Source of the DNA: Octopus sinensis
Lineage: Eukaryota
Reading direction: 5' to 3'
Assembly: GCF_006345805.1 (NCBI RefSeq)
Contig: NC_043001.1
Location: 108,748,001-108,812,000, forward strand
Length of the DNA stretch: 64,000 nt
The position numbers were made by a program, and so were the translations under genes. This document shows positions 14,021-29,048 of this stretch, in pieces. The notes beneath the pieces are model-generated. The model was not told the origin of the DNA. It searched no databases and saw only the letters and a list, made by a program, of their open reading frames with translations. The stretch's first letter is position 1; each line of letters starts with the position of its first letter.

Positions 14021-14465
14021 GGTTCAATTCAGTTCATATCATATCCGTCTACGGTAACAAACCAAGCTAGGTACTGTAATTGATGTTGAAAATTGTACTT
14101 AGCTCTTTTCAGCTGATCAATTAGTGCCTTGATTGCTTAATTAACTAATCAAGAACGCTATTTATTTTCATTAACTCATTAATATCTTTTAAAGGCGTTG
14201 CCTTCAATTCGTTTGTGACAGTTTGTTTCCATTAAAAAGAAAAACTGTGACGAGTGTGCGTGTACGTGCATGCGTGTGTGTGTGTGTGTGGTGTGTGTGT
14301 GTGTGTGTACGGGAAGGAGTACTTTTATTTATGGTTTACATATGTCTATGCTTTGTCATGACAAAACTGAATTCTTTTATCATAAACAAAGATAACAAAA
14401 CCAAAGTTTTTTTGTTTTCTTCTATTTTTGCCGTTGTCTTTAAATCCGCAATCCTCTTCATTGCA

Positions 14466-14885
14466 AAGGTGGCGTGCTGGCTGAAACGTTAGCATGTCGG
14501 GCGAAATGCTTAGCGGTATTTCGTCTGCCGTTACGTTCTGAGTTCAAATTCCACCGAGGTCGACTTTGCCTTTCATCCTTTCGGGGTCGATTAAATAAGT
14601 ACCAGTTACGCACTGGGGTCGATATAATCAACTTAATCCGTTTGTCTGTCCTTGTTTGTCCCCTCTGTATTTAGCCCCTTGTGGGTAGTAAAGAAATAGG
14701 TATTTCGTCTGCCGCTACGTTCTGAGTTCAAATTCTGCCGAGGTCGACTTTACTTTTCATCTTTTCGGGGTCGATTAAATAAGTACCAGTTATGCACTGG
14801 GGTCGATGTAATCGACTTAATCCGTTTGTCTGTACTTGTTTGTCCCCTTTATGTTTAGCCCCTTGTGGGCAATAAAGAAATAAAG
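14466..14885 (+). mobile_element. SINE family B, two units
   Basis: Head plus repeated unit. Other copies lie at about 2515, 3680, 9280-9710, 16145, 18104-18980, 22850, 23665-24230, 25225, 34122, 42825, 47843, 49697-50290 and 59720-60340. Confidence 0.85.
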
Positions 14886-15398
14886 AATTACAGCCAAACC
14901 TCCCTTTAATCACACTTTATTCTCTTCAAATAAAGGACACATTGAAAAAAGCAGCCACGGGGAAACTGAAAGAAAAACTGCAAACATATTTGATCATAGT
15001 GTTGCTGGATCAAGGTTGACCTGGGGTTAAACGACAGAGTCAACAACTGTTCGTTTCTTTCTAACCGCAAACACACTCAGGTACAAGTGATACCTCATTA
15101 CTCTTCCGTCCCTTCCCCGCATACAAGTGTTAGTTACTTGCAGCCCGAACGCGAATTCTTTTCCCACGAGAGTTCCGGACCCCAGTTATGACTTCATTGG
15201 CATACAGCCAATCAGAGCTTAACTATCAAGCTAATTTATGAGCGCATAACAAGTGATAGGCGATAAGATAAGGTCACTTGGGTAAGGAATGACCATGCTT
15301 CTTCTTTCTTTTAAGAATGCTTGCTGTTCTTGTTCTTGTTTCAACCATGGCTGCCCCTGCGTAGTTATTTGTGTTGTTGTTTACTTTGTAAAAACAGT

Positions 15399-15786
15399 GG
15401 TGGAAGCACTCCGTCGGTTACGACGATGAGGGTTTCGGTTGATCCGAATCAACGGAACAGCCTGCTCGTGAAATTAACGTGTAAGTGGCTGAGCACTCCA
15501 CAGACACGTCCACCCTTAACGTAGTTCTCGGGGATATTCAGCGTGACACAGAGAGTGACAAGGCCGGCCCCTTGAAATACAGGTACAACAGAAACAGGAA
15601 GTAAGAGTGAGAGGAAGTTGTGGTGAAAGAGTACAGCAGGGATCACCACTATCCCCTGCCGGAGCCTCATGGAGCTTTTAGGTGTTTTCGCTCAATAAAC
15701 ACTCACAACGCCCGGTCTGGGAATCGAAACCGCGATCCTATGACCGCGAGTCCGCTGCCCTAACCACTAGGCCATTGCGCCTCCAC
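15399..15786 (-). mobile_element. SINE family C, full length, with a 12-bp TSD
   Basis: tRNA-like head GGAGGCGCAATGGCCTAGTGG..GTTTCGATTCC. TGTAAAAACAGT occurs at 15387-98 and 15787-98. Confidence 0.9.
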
Positions 15787-17003
15787 TGTAAAAACAGTAA
15801 GAGGGGAGGGATTCTAGCACACCACCCTCTACCCACATTTTCCCATCCACATCTTTACCGTATGGGGCCCTAACAATATCCGATAACAGGTATAGATGCA
15901 AATCTATCTAATTACTTGTCTCCCTCTAAAATCAGGCTTAACTTGGCGATCAGTCGACTTACATCACCGTTCTTAGTCTTGAGTTTACTTGGTAGAGTGT
16001 GTTTTACCAAGAGATTGGTTGTTTTAAACACATTCATGAATGTTATGTTGGGCTTTGCATCTAGGCATAATCTGAGAGCTGAACATCACCTTTCCTTTCA
16101 CAGTTTCCAAACAATCCTTCAACGGTCTGCCAGCACCAATGCAGTTTCTTATTTCTTTACTACCCACAAGGGGCTACACACAGAGAAGATAAACAAGGAC
16201 AGACAAAGGGATTAAGTCGATTACATCGACCCCAGTGCGTAACTGGTACTTAATTTATCGACCCCGAAAGGATGAAAGGCAAAGTCGACCTCGGCGGGAT
16301 TTGAACTCAGTATGTAAAGGCAGACGAAATACCTATTTCTTTACTACCCACAAGGGGCTAAACACAGAGGGGACAAACAAGGACAGACAAACGGATTAAG
16401 TCGATTACATCGACCCCAGTGTGTAACTGGTATTTAATTTATCGACCCCGAAAGGATGAAAGGCAAAGTGGACCTCGGCGGAATTTGAACTCATAACGTA
16501 ACGGCAGACGAAATACCGCTAAGCATTTCGCCCGGCGTGCTTAACGGTTCTGCCTGCTCACCGCTCACCAATGCAGTTTCTGCCACCACCAACCATCTTT
16601 CTCCCGGATGCTGCAGTTGGTTGCACACCAATTGTCTACATACTGATTAGAGATTTTCGGTAATTCAAACTTACCGCTAACCAGCGTATGTGTTCAGTAT
16701 CGATGATATTAGGTTTTGAATGAGAGAGGACAATACAAGCTTCGCATGGCAATCGGACGTCGCCATTTTAAATGCCAACCTTTGTTAACTTGACAACAAG
16801 GTCAAGGTGAGCTCTCATTGGCTGTATGCAAATTAGTTCATTAGTGGGGTCTGGAACACTTGTGGGAAAACATTTCGCAGCCCGGACACCCCAGATCAGA
16901 TATCAACTAGTTACAGGGACGGTGGTCTGAAACAGCGTTGCCCCAAACTTTATTGGTCCACGCGCAGAACAAAACAACAAAGTGCATAATAATTTAATAA
17001 TAA

Positions 17004-17379
17004 CTAGCAGTATCGCCCGGCGTTGCTCGGGTTTGTAAGGGAAATAACTATAAAGGTTTTTTAGAGAGTTATAGCCAAAAAATAGCAAAGAAAAAAAATT
17101 ATGGTAAATTTTTTAAAAAATCGTTGTCTCATTGTAGACATTTTTAGAGAGTTACTTCCCTTATATTTAAAAAATATGCATTAAAATGGAAAAAAATGAT
17201 GGTAAATTATTTTAAAAATCGTAGACTCATCGTAGACGCGCGCTAATACCCAGAAGGGCTCGATATGAATCACGACTATAAGATACCCGGTTTTGGTTAA
17301 ACTGCACCGAAAATGTGGGAGTAGTTAGGAATCTAAATCGGAGTAGACAGACACACAACCTTTCATCTATATATAAAGA
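17004..17379 (-). mobile_element. Non-autonomous Helitron, same terminal family as 3235-3631
   Basis: Minus strand starts A|TC and ends CCCGAGCAACGCCGGGCG-ATACTG-CTAG|T. Confidence 0.75.
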
Positions 17380-17495
17380 TTTAATAACAATTAATAAAAA
17401 AAAAGCGTAATAATTTAATTATTACATGTATATAACACATACATATATGTATATGTATTTATACATATATATATACGTGTATACACACGCACACA

Positions 17496-17545
<50 letters not shown>

Positions 17546-19074
17546 TGTATATGTGTGTCGGTGTTTGTCCCACCCCTCTATCGCTTGACAACTGATGTTG
17601 GTGTGTTTGCGTTCCTTTAACTAAACGTTTCGGCAAAAGTGACCGATGAAATAAGTACTAGGCTTACAAAGAATAAGTCCTGGGTTCGATTTGCTTCGAC
17701 TAAAGGCGGTGGCGGTGCTCCAGCATGGCTGCAATCAAATGACTGAAACAATTAAAAGAATATAAGAATAAAAGAATATACGAAACGATACTTGCTTCAC
17801 ATAAGTAACGTTCACTGTGTATACTTATACACACAATCACATACGTATACACGTACGGAGACTTTATGTATGTGACAACACACGAACACACACAGACACA
17901 CACACACATACACACACAAAGGTGTTTGTATGTGTGTGTGTGTACGTATGTATATATCGATCATTCTACAGATCGATAGACGGATATAAAGCATTGTTAG
18001 GAAAGATGGGTGTGTTTAGATCGGATATTAATTGTAATTTCATTAGTATTTCATATTTAAAAAACAGAAATGCTAATGTACTATTTAATATTTCTGTAAA
18101 CTAAGGCAGAAACGAGCTGGCAGAAACGTTAGCACGCCGGGCGAAATGCGCAGCCGTATTTCGTCTGCCGTTACGTTCTGAGTTCAAATTCCGCCGTGGT
18201 CGACTTCGCCTTTCGGGGTCGATTAAATAAGTACCAGTTATGCACTGGAGTCGATATAATCGACTTAATCCGTTTGTCTGTCTTTGTTTGTTCTCTCTGT
18301 GTTTAGCCCCTTGTGGGTGGGGTCGATAAAATAAGTACCTGTTACGCACTGGGGTTGATATAATCGACTTGATCCGTTTATCTGTCCTTGTTTGTCCCTT
18401 CTGTGTTTAGCCCCATGTGGGTAGTAAAGAAATAGGTATTTCGTCCGTCTTTATGTTCAAATTCCGCCAAGGTCGACTTTGCCTTTCATTCTTTCGGGGT
18501 CGATAAAAAAAGCACCAGTTGCGTACTGAGGTCGATCTAATCGACTGGCTCATCCCCCAAAATTTCGGGCCTTGTGCCTAGAGTCGGAAAGATTATCTCT
18601 GTAAACTAAGGCGTCGAGATGGCAGAAACGTTAGCACGCCGGGCGAAATGCGTAACCGTATTTCGTCTGCCGTTACGTTCTGAGTTCAAATTCCGCCGAG
18701 GTCGACTTTGCCTTTCATCCTTTCGGGGTCGATAAATTAAGTACCAGTTACGCACCGGGGTCGATGTAATCGACTTAATCCGTTTGTCTGTCCTTGTTTT
18801 CCCTCTCTGTGTTTAGCTCATTGTGGGTAGTAAAGAAATAGGTATTTCGTCTGCCGCTACGTTCTGAGTTCAAATTCCGGTCGATAAAATAAGTACCACT
18901 TGCGTACTGGGGTCGATCTAATCGACTGGCCCCATCCCCCCAAATTTCGGGCCTTGTGCCTAGAGTAGGAAAGATTATCTCTGTAAAGATATCAGTTTGT
19001 CTGAGATAGCTAGATATCTCTGTAAAGATATCTCTGTAAAGATATCTCTGTAAAGATATCAGTTTGTCTGAGAT

Positions 19075-19330
19075 AGCTAGGTTGGTGTTACCACATTTGT
19101 GGCACATAGGCTTTCTCACTTCCACTATCACAAGCAGATGTTTGTCCTCCAGTATAAGTCGGAGATGATTTTCGAGCTTTCCTTTACTGGTTTGAAGTAG
19201 AACATCCATAACTATCCATGACCAGTGTCCCTGCTGGCTAATTTGTGCGACTTCAGTATTGTTGTATCCTACTCGTCGCCCTCTGTCATCAACTACGAGT
19301 TGCTTATTTCCGGTAGCATTTCTACTTTCC
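19075..19330 (-). mobile_element. Possible LINE ORF1 (gag-like zinc-knuckle) fragment
   Basis: LLVIVEVRKPMCHKCGN resembles the start of an ORF1 CCHC knuckle; truncated. Confidence 0.35.
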
Positions 19331-19554
19331 TTACCTTCCCTACTCTGAGATGGATTAAATAGTGATGCTTGAATTTATGTCATTATGGTAAATATTTGAA
19401 TAATGTCTTCGATTTCATTTGTTTAAAGGGAAACACTTGAATTTGTTTCATTACAGATTAAAGATTTCGATTGTCTTCTATTAAAAGGTTAAGCAACACT
19501 TTGAAAGAAACTAAGTAAACAAATATTTAAAACAACAACAGCAGCAGCCGTAGC

Positions 19555-19589
<35 letters not shown>

Positions 19590-20589
19590 CAGCAGCAGCA
19601 GCGACAACAGCAACCACAGTGGAGGCACAATGGCCCAGCGGTTAGGGCAGCGGACTCGCGGTCGTAAGAACGCGCTTTCGATTCCCAGACAGGGCATTGT
19701 GAGTGTTTATTGAGCAAAAACACCTAAGCTCCAAGAGGCTCCGGCGGGGTGGTGGTGGAGGTGGTGAACCCCGCTGTACTCTTTCACCACAAAAGGTCGA
19801 CCTACCTTTTTATCGGCTGTAAATTTTGATCTGAAAATGTCGACCTATACACCGGAAAATATGGTTACAGAATTAGAAAACGACGAAACATTGTTTCCAC
19901 TAGGCTTCCATACTTATACGCTTTTCTATCGTTGTTGTTAGTTGTTTATGTTTATTTTATTCCCAGGTCAGCTCCGACTGGTAGACTTATTTATGAAAGG
20001 GGATTCTAGCCATGACAACCACTTCTCATAATCCCAGGTCTATTTATTTGAAGTAGTCTGAATTGTCTCATTAAAAAACTTTGGACTATGATACGGAGAC
20101 ACAACAATTACTTCTAGCATGTCGTGTGACCTCGTAAAGGCTTCCACCTTATTGGCAAACTGAAATGACATCTAATATTGGACCGAGGACTTAAAAATAC
20201 CAGTCAGCTTAAAAGAAAATCCCCCACCTTTGTCGGCATTTTAAATCAGACATATTTAACAAGTAAGTTGGAGGTTGAAGCCTCCAGCAATTTTAACCTA
20301 AATTCTGACCATATTTCGGACAGAAACAAACTGAGCCGACTTTCTCATTGAAATGCTTTCTTCTAGGATTCTTAATAAAATAAATACTAGTTTATCGATT
20401 CTCAAAGTCTTCTGGTTTAATGCTTGTTGTCTTTTTTTCTGTCTTTCTTAAATCATCTATTTATTTATCTACTTGATTTTAAAGGATGAAACAATACAAA
20501 TAATAGCGCATTGCAAACTCACACACACAACAACAAAAAAGACAAAAAGCAAAAATAAAACGTCCACCTACACACGCACATAGATATAC

Positions 20590-20799
20590 ATATATTTTTA
20601 CACAAACACACACACACACACACATGCGCGCGCGCGTGTGTTACCGAGAATAGTAACATTGTGAGTGTATGTATCTATTTATGTATGTATGTATGTATGT
20701 ATGTATATACAGGTATATATTTATGTATTTATAAACATGCGTATGTGTATAAATATATACACATACATATATATATATCATATATACATATGCATATAT

Positions 20800-20830
<31 letters not shown>

Positions 20831-20915
20831 GCATATATATATATATATACATATGCATATATATGTATGTATATTGTATGTATGTATATATATATATATA
20901 TACACATATGCATAT

Positions 20916-20967
<52 letters not shown>

Positions 20968-21389
20968 TATATACATATGCATATATGTATGTATATATGT
21001 ATGTATGTTATATATACATATGCATATATATATGTATGTATATATATATACATATATACATATGCACATATATATGTATATATTAATACATATATACATA
21101 TGCACATATATATGTATATATGTATATTATATATATATACATATATACATATGCACATATATATGTATATATATGTTATATATAGTATATTATACATATA
21201 TAACATATGCACATATATATGTAATATATGTATAATATATATATATACATATTACATATGCACATAATATGTATATATATGTATATATCTATATATATAT
21301 ATATACATATATACATATGCACATATATATGTATATATATGTATATATATATATATATACATATATACATATGCACATATATATGTATA

Positions 21390-21444
<55 letters not shown>

Positions 21445-21966
21445 CACACATGCATATATGTGTATGTATATGCATGCATATATACATGTATTATATGCAT
21501 ATATGCATAAATGTATGTATATCTATATATATACACATTATTAGACATGATACCTACCTACCTACATAAATACACGCACTTATATATAATATATACATAC
21601 ATATATGCATATGTACACGTATATATTTAGACATCCATATGTAAATATAATATACACACATGTATACATACATGTATACTTAATGCAGACATACACCACC
21701 ACATACACATACACACATACACACGCAGACGCACATGCGCAAAAAACACATACATATCTATATTGCACATTATATATATATATATATATATATAGTTATA
21801 TATATATATATATATATAAAGAAACAGGGTGTACAAACACAGAATGCCGTGCTCACACATACACATACAGACTTTCATGTATAACAACACCGGAAATATA
21901 AGTGTATATTATTTGCACATATTTGAGCTTCTCTGACGGTGGCTATTCTCGGTAACAGCTCCCCTC

Positions 21967-21997
<31 letters not shown>

Positions 21998-22185
21998 ACA
22001 TACATACACACACACACACATATATATATACACACACACACATAAATATATACACACACACACATACATACACACACACACATATATACACACACACACA
22101 CATATATATACACACACACACATATATACACACACACACACATATATATACACACACACACATATATACACACACATACACACGA
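20590..22185. repeat. Large (TA)/(TATG)/(CA) low-complexity block
   Basis: Seen directly. Similar blocks lie at 27670-27980, 31320-32190, 52240-52510, 53440-54100 and 60900-61560. Confidence 0.95.
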
Positions 22186-24919
22186 CTAAATCTAAGGAAG
22201 ACAACTATTTTGGTTTGCATAGAATTTAAATTTCTCGCTAGATTATACACAGTAGCGGATATAGAATGTGGTGGACGGCATGTTAGTGTTCGAATTCTTT
22301 TGTCTGTGGCTTACGACACAGACAACCTTGGTTTAGAAGCAACGATAAAGAAATGGAAGACTTGGCTATGGGGTTAAGAACAACGCTTCGCAACCATTTT
22401 GTTCCGAGTTCGGTTCCGTTCGACGGCATCAAGATCAAATGACTTCTGCTAAAACTACGCGTCGATCAGTGCTACATACACACACGTACACACACACATA
22501 CACACACACACAAGCACGCATACACACACACAAGCACGCATACACACACACACACATACACACCAGAGAATAAGGCGTCTGACTTTGAATCAGAATATTA
22601 CGAGTTCGTGTCTCGTCGTGGTCGAGTGTGTTTTTATTGACGCAGGTGTGACTGTGCGAGAAGTCTCTTTCCCAATCACATGGTTCCGGGTTCAGTCTCA
22701 ATGCGTGGCTCCTCGGGCAAATGTCTTCTACTATAGCACCGGGCCGACCAAAGACTTGTGAGTGGATTTGGTTGACGGAAACTAAAAGAAACCCGTCGTG
22801 TGTATGTTTATGCATGTATGTATGTATGTATTTATGCACACACACACACAATTTCGGGCCTTGTGTCTAGAGCAGAAAAGAATTGGTACTTATTTTATCG
22901 ACCCTGAGAGGATGCAAGGAAAGTCGAACACAGCTGAATTTGAGCTCAAGAAGTAAAGACGGACGAAACAACGCTAAGCATTTAGTCCGGCGTGCTAACG
23001 ATTCTGCCAGCTAGGCGCTCTAGTTAAGCTTAATATTATATTAACATTTTCAAAACATGTCTACACAATTATGTAATAGAAAATATGTTTAGCTTTCTGT
23101 ACGCCTTCTGTAAACGATCTCTATTAAAGGACAACCCCGTCTTTCCAATATTTACACCCTCCCCCTCTAAAACCAATTTCTTCACCCATATATATGAGAT
23201 CTTTTCTTAATATATAAATATACAATTTGAGATTATCCTTTTATAATTAAATCACACCAATTCGCCGAATACAATGATAAACTTCGAACTAATTTAATAA
23301 TATGTAGATAAAAATATTCTCATTTATGAGATGATATCGAGATAATTGAATTATAAATTGAAAACTTTGGAAACACATAATTTATATTTTTACATTATAC
23401 AGGAGATTACTAATATAATATCCTTTCATATATGTTTTCCCAATCACTGTCGTTACTATTAATTTATTTCTTCATCAAAAGTATTTTGATATGAAATGTT
23501 ATGACGCTAATAAGCACCATACTTTAGTTATTTCCTTTATTGTTACATTATATTATATTTTCCTTCCGTCTACTGTTTCCAAAACGCAAAATTGAAAATG
23601 TCTTGGATTAATTACCCTCTAATTTAATTTACCGTTATTTCTGCTTGCGTTTCTCGTTTAACTTAATCCTTTCTACTATAGGCACAAGGCCTGAAATTTT
23701 GGGGAAGGGGACTAGTCGATTACATCGACCCCAATGCGTAACTGGTACTTAATTTATCGACTCCGAAAGAATGAAAAGCAAAGTCGACCTCGGCGCCCAA
23801 AATTTCGGGCCTTATGCTTCGAGTAGAAAAAGATTTCGTCTGTCTCTACGTTCTGCGTTCAAATTCCGCCGAAGTCAACTTTGCCTTTCATCGTTTCGGG
23901 GTCGATAAATTAAGTACCAGTTGCGTACTGGGGTCGATCTAATCGACTGGACCCCTCCCCCAAATTTCGGGCCTCGTGCCTAGATTAGAAAAAGATTTGT
24001 TCTGAAGTCTGCTGAAGTCGACTTTGCTTTACATCGTTTCTGGGTCGATAAATTAAGTACCAGTTATGTACTGGGGTCGATCTAATCGACTGCCCCTCCC
24101 CCCAAATTTCGAGGCCTTGTGCTTAGAGTATAAAAAGATTTTGTCTGTCTTTACGTTCTGAGTTCAAATTCCGCCGAGGTCGACTTTGCCCCTTCCCCCA
24201 AAATTTCGGGCCTTGTGCCTAGAGTAGAAAAAAACAAACAAATAGATGAGAATCAACTCTAAAAGAAAGATGGGTGGAATAAATCCATTCAAGAACGTCA
24301 TCATCTTTTCCTATTGACTGCGCAAAATACAATCAACTTGAGCTCGTATGAGGCAAGAGTGAGTAAATCGGCGGAAATTTATAATAGCTAGTAGTTATCC
24401 CCGGAAATTTCACGGTTAACTGGAAGACTTTTAGATTGGGAAGCTTGTTGAAAAATACCAAACTTGTGTTTTATTTTTGAAGTATTTAATTCTTAAGATA
24501 ATGCAAATTCACGTAGATAGAACTGCGTGGCACCTTGGGTAAGTGTTTTCTACTATAGCCTGGGGACGACCAAAGCCTTGTGAGTGGATTTGGTAGACCG
24601 GAAAGTGAAAGAAGCCCGTCGTATATATGTATATAGTACTATATATATATATATATATATATAGATATATATATATATATATATATATATCGTTTTATTC
24701 TTTTTTTTTTTATTTGTCATTTGATTGCGGATATGCTGGCGCACCACCTTTTGTCGAAAAAATCGACCCAATGACTTATTGTTTGTAAGTCTAGTACTTA
24801 TTCTATCGACGCTTTTGCCGAACCGTTAGTTTCGGCGACGTAAATACACCATTATCGGTTGTCAAGCGGATAAATAGACACACACATACACACAACATAT
24901 ACAAACAATACCACACACA

Positions 24920-24954
<35 letters not shown>

Positions 24955-25810
24955 CATATATATATATTATATATATATATATATTATACGACGGCTTCTT
25001 TCAGTTTTCCGTCTACCAAATCTACTCACAAAGCTTTGGTCGCTCGAGGCTATAGTAGAAGACACTTGCCCAAGGTGCCACGCAGTGGGACTGAACCCGG
25101 AACGATGTTGTGGTTGGGAAGCAAGCTTCTTATCACACAGCCACTCTGTGTATGTGTTTATACCGGCGTTTGTCCCCCATCACCTCTTGACAATCGGTGT
25201 TCGTGTGTTTATGTCTCCGTAAAATAGCGGAAATGTTGGCACGCCGGGCAAAATACTTAGCGGTGTTTCGTCCGTCTCTACGTTCTGAGTTCAAATCTTG
25301 CTGGGGTCGACTTTTCCTTTCATTCTCTCGGGGTCGTTAAAATAAATACCAGTTGAACACTGGGGGTGATGTAATCGATTTCCCCACTCTCCCTAAATTG
25401 CTGGCCTTGTACCAAAAAATTGGAACCGATATTACTATCCAGAATGGTAAAGTTACCTTTACGACTGACTTTTTCGATCTTGTCTGCATCTGTTTGAAAA
25501 ACCAGGTTTTGATATTAGTACTCAAACAACTACTAACAATTGACTGTTTCTTTGTGACTTGTTGCTTATTTAGATCTGACTGTTCCGTCGGAGATATGAA
25601 ACAAAAGGGGATGAGGCTTGATTTTTGATAAACATTGTTACGTCATAATGGAAACATTTCGACAAAGAAAATCTTGCAGTTCTTTCCCTTTATGTAAAAG
25701 TTCTGACAACTGGACGGATCCCGATCATACAAAGGTCAGTTAGGGAATTATAACTTTATAGTAAATATATCTTTTAATAATTAGTCCAGATTCTGGAAAA
25801 AAATATTCGC

Positions 25811-26295
25811 AGGAGAGGCTGTGTGATAAGTAGCTTGCTTACCAACCACATGGTTCGGGTTCAGTCCCACTGCGTGGCACCTTGGGCAAGTGTCTTCTAC
25901 TATAGCTTCGGGTCGACCAAAACCTTGAGAGTGCATTTGGTAGATGGAAACTGAAAGAAGCCCGTCGTATATATATATATATTATATTATATATATATAT
26001 ATATATATGTGGGTGTGTGTGTGTGTGTGTGTGTGTGTTGTGTGTGTGTGTGTGTGTTGTATGTATGTATGTGGTGTTTGTATATGTTTGTGTGTCTGTG
26101 TTTGTCCCCCCCCCCAACATCGCTTGACAACTGATACTGGTGTTGTTTTGTCCCCGTAACTTAGCGGTTCGGCAAAAGACCGATAGAACAAGTACTAGGC
26201 TTACAAAGAATAAGTCCTGAGGTCGATTTGTTCGACTAAAGGCGGTGCTCCGGCATAGCCACATTCAAATGACTGAAACAAATAAAAGAATAAAA

Positions 26296-26300
<5 letters not shown>
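25811..26300 (+). mobile_element. SINE family A
   Basis: Head, internal microsatellite and tail are present. Confidence 0.85.
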
Positions 26301-26352
<52 letters not shown>

Positions 26353-26654
26353 ATAATATATTATATATATATATTATATATATTAGGTTAGTGTGTATGG
26401 GTGTTGGGTGTATATATAGTTATTTTATATTATTATTATTTTTTTGTTTGTTTTATATTTTTTATTTTATATTTTATATTTTATATTTAATTGTTGATAG
26501 GTTTATTTTAGTTTATATATTGTTTATATATTGATTATATATGGATTATATATAGGTTATATATGGATTATATATTTATATTTTTTCATTCATACTTTAT
26601 TATTTTAAAATTATTATTTTTATATTTTAAAATATTGATATTTTAGATTGAAGT

Positions 26655-26697
26655 CCACCTGAAGATTGTCGATCAAGACAAGAAACAATTGTAGTGG
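26655..26697 (+). ncRNA. Type I hammerhead ribozyme, minimal Penelope-like form
   Basis: Reads CCAC-CUGAAGA-UUGUC[GAUCAA]GACAA-GAAA-C[AAUU]G-UA-GUGG. All three helices pair. The triplet is GUA and helix III is palindromic (CAAUUG). Confidence 0.75.
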
Positions 26698-26790
26698 CGG
26701 TGTTTTTGACTATTTATTAAAATTTTATGTATTGATTAAGTCTTTCCTTGTTTGTTTTGCAAAATAGTGGTTTTGTCTCTAATAATATTT

Positions 26791-26825
<35 letters not shown>

Positions 26826-27763
26826 CATGCATGTATTTGTGTTTGTTTGTTTGTCGCCCCACCATCGCTTGACAACCGATGTTGGTGTGTTTACGTCCTC
26901 GTAACATTAACGGTTCGGCAAAAGAGACCGATAGAACAAGTACTAGGCTTACAAAGAATAAGGCCTGAGTCGATTTATTCGACTAAAAGGTCGTGCTCCA
27001 GCATGGTCGCAGTCAAATGACTGAAACAAGTAAAAGAGGAATCAACTGGTCCTGTGGTCGCTCGGTTTCCTAGGAACAGCATCCAATTCTCGCTTAAATC
27101 TGTCCCTATCGTCTTAAACGGCCAACTTTATATCACCATTGACGCCTCTACATGGTCACTCAATCTGCTAGAAGTAGCAGTCATTTCTCTCTCAAATCAC
27201 TTCCTACCGTCCGAACTAAAGACACATTCAATAGTATAGCATGACTTTACCTGTTAAATCCACATAATGGTTATTAATGATGTTTTTGATTTTTACGTTT
27301 GTTCAATCGAAAATATAGATATTTCCGCTGGTAAAGTTAATTGACAACTTTTATAAAAGAGACTTGAAATCCAAGAAAAATAACTTGGGATTGTAAAAGA
27401 GTTATTTCCCTTGCATTATCTGCTTCGCCTCTCTCATTTTACGTGCTGTGATCATATAATGGAACGAGATCAATAGTTTTCTATTAGAATTATTGCTGTT
27501 ATCGAACCCAATAAACACTTGTTATATTGTACAGCATTGGACTAATTATGCAGAAGGCTTCTCACGATTCAAAATATATAATAAATCTTTAACTAATTCA
27601 GCATAATAGATTTCTAAAGCAAGGACTGTCTGATATTAATCCATTAAAATTCTTAAAATATCATACAGTACCTTATATATACTATATATATGTATATATA
27701 TATATGTATATATATAATATATACATGGTATATATATAGATATATATATATATATATATATAT

Positions 27764-27809
<46 letters not shown>

Positions 27810-27847
27810 TATATATATACATGTATATATATATGCATACATATATA

Positions 27848-27900
<53 letters not shown>

Positions 27901-28929
27901 TATCTATACTTATATATGTATGTATATATATTATATTTATATATTATATAATATATATAAGGTACTGTATGTATATATACCGTATCTCATCTCATTAGGT
28001 CGGTCCCATAGGACGCCCCCATATAGGGGTTTCGGTTGTGCATACTATAGGAGTCACAGGGCGCTGCTCCATGTGGTCCCACAGTTTCCATCCAACTAGG
28101 AATATTAGGGTATCATCCATTGTCCTGTATTCAAGATTCTCTACATGACATCCTGCTAGTTCAAAGTCAGGAATCTGATCTGTTAGGTCTTATCGGTAAC
28201 TAAACCCACGCCCTGCTGCCGACGCTTCGATTTATTGTCGTTAAGGTTTTTGTCTGTCTCCTACGTTTTGATCTGTCTGGCCTGGTAAGACCTTCCTGAA
28301 GATTTCTCTCCATCCAGCGTAGTTCTCCGGGTCAATGGAGCACATAGGCACTTCATCGCGACGGGGTACTTGTTATATTGACCATTGACTACACAATAGT
28401 TCTTCCGCCCTTTAAAGGGTCTTATTTTCCGCCCCGCTGGGTGTCCAACAATCACCCTCGTCACCAAGCTAGCTTGATGGGGTTGCCAGTTTAGTCGCCG
28501 ACGACCCGACCATGCGACAGCAATGCCTCGATTTACGACTTCATTTGTTCCAGGAAACCGTTCACAAAGCGAAAACTCGTAAAGCAGAACAATAATTTCC
28601 CATAGTAGCAATGTTATAAATCATAATTCGTTCCCAGGACAATATTTTACCTATAAAATTTATAATACTCATGAATATATGGCAACAAAACAATAGTAGA
28701 ATGTGAAGAATATTTTATGTAAAGTAAAAAGAACGTCAAGATCATTTATAATAAAAATATCATTATTTTAAATTAAAATTTTTATTGCCTTCACAATGTT
28801 GACCGCTTAACAAAATCAAACTAGAAAACTGGACAAAACAGAAAACAATTGAAAAAACTGAAAAGAAAAAGAAAAAAAAGAGAGAAAGAAGCAAGAGAAA
28901 AATGGAAAAAAACCCCAAGCAGTTCACAA

Positions 28930-29048
28930 TTTGGGTGCTCGTACTGCGAATTTCCTCTCGTACTTCAAGACAAAAATTAGCATGAGTCTCGGCTTGTACA
29001 GCAAATTACTTGTACAATGGGGCACTCGTATTTCGAGGTTATACTGTA
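28930..29048. mobile_element. pogo/Tigger-like MITE end
   Basis: Ends CTCGTATTTCGAGGTTATACTG|TA. A similar terminus occurs at about 54453-54478. Confidence 0.45.

Noticed and set aside
28040-28611. Moderate-GC segment with a 116-aa ORF
   Set aside because: Probably a decayed LINE 5' region; no convincing motif.
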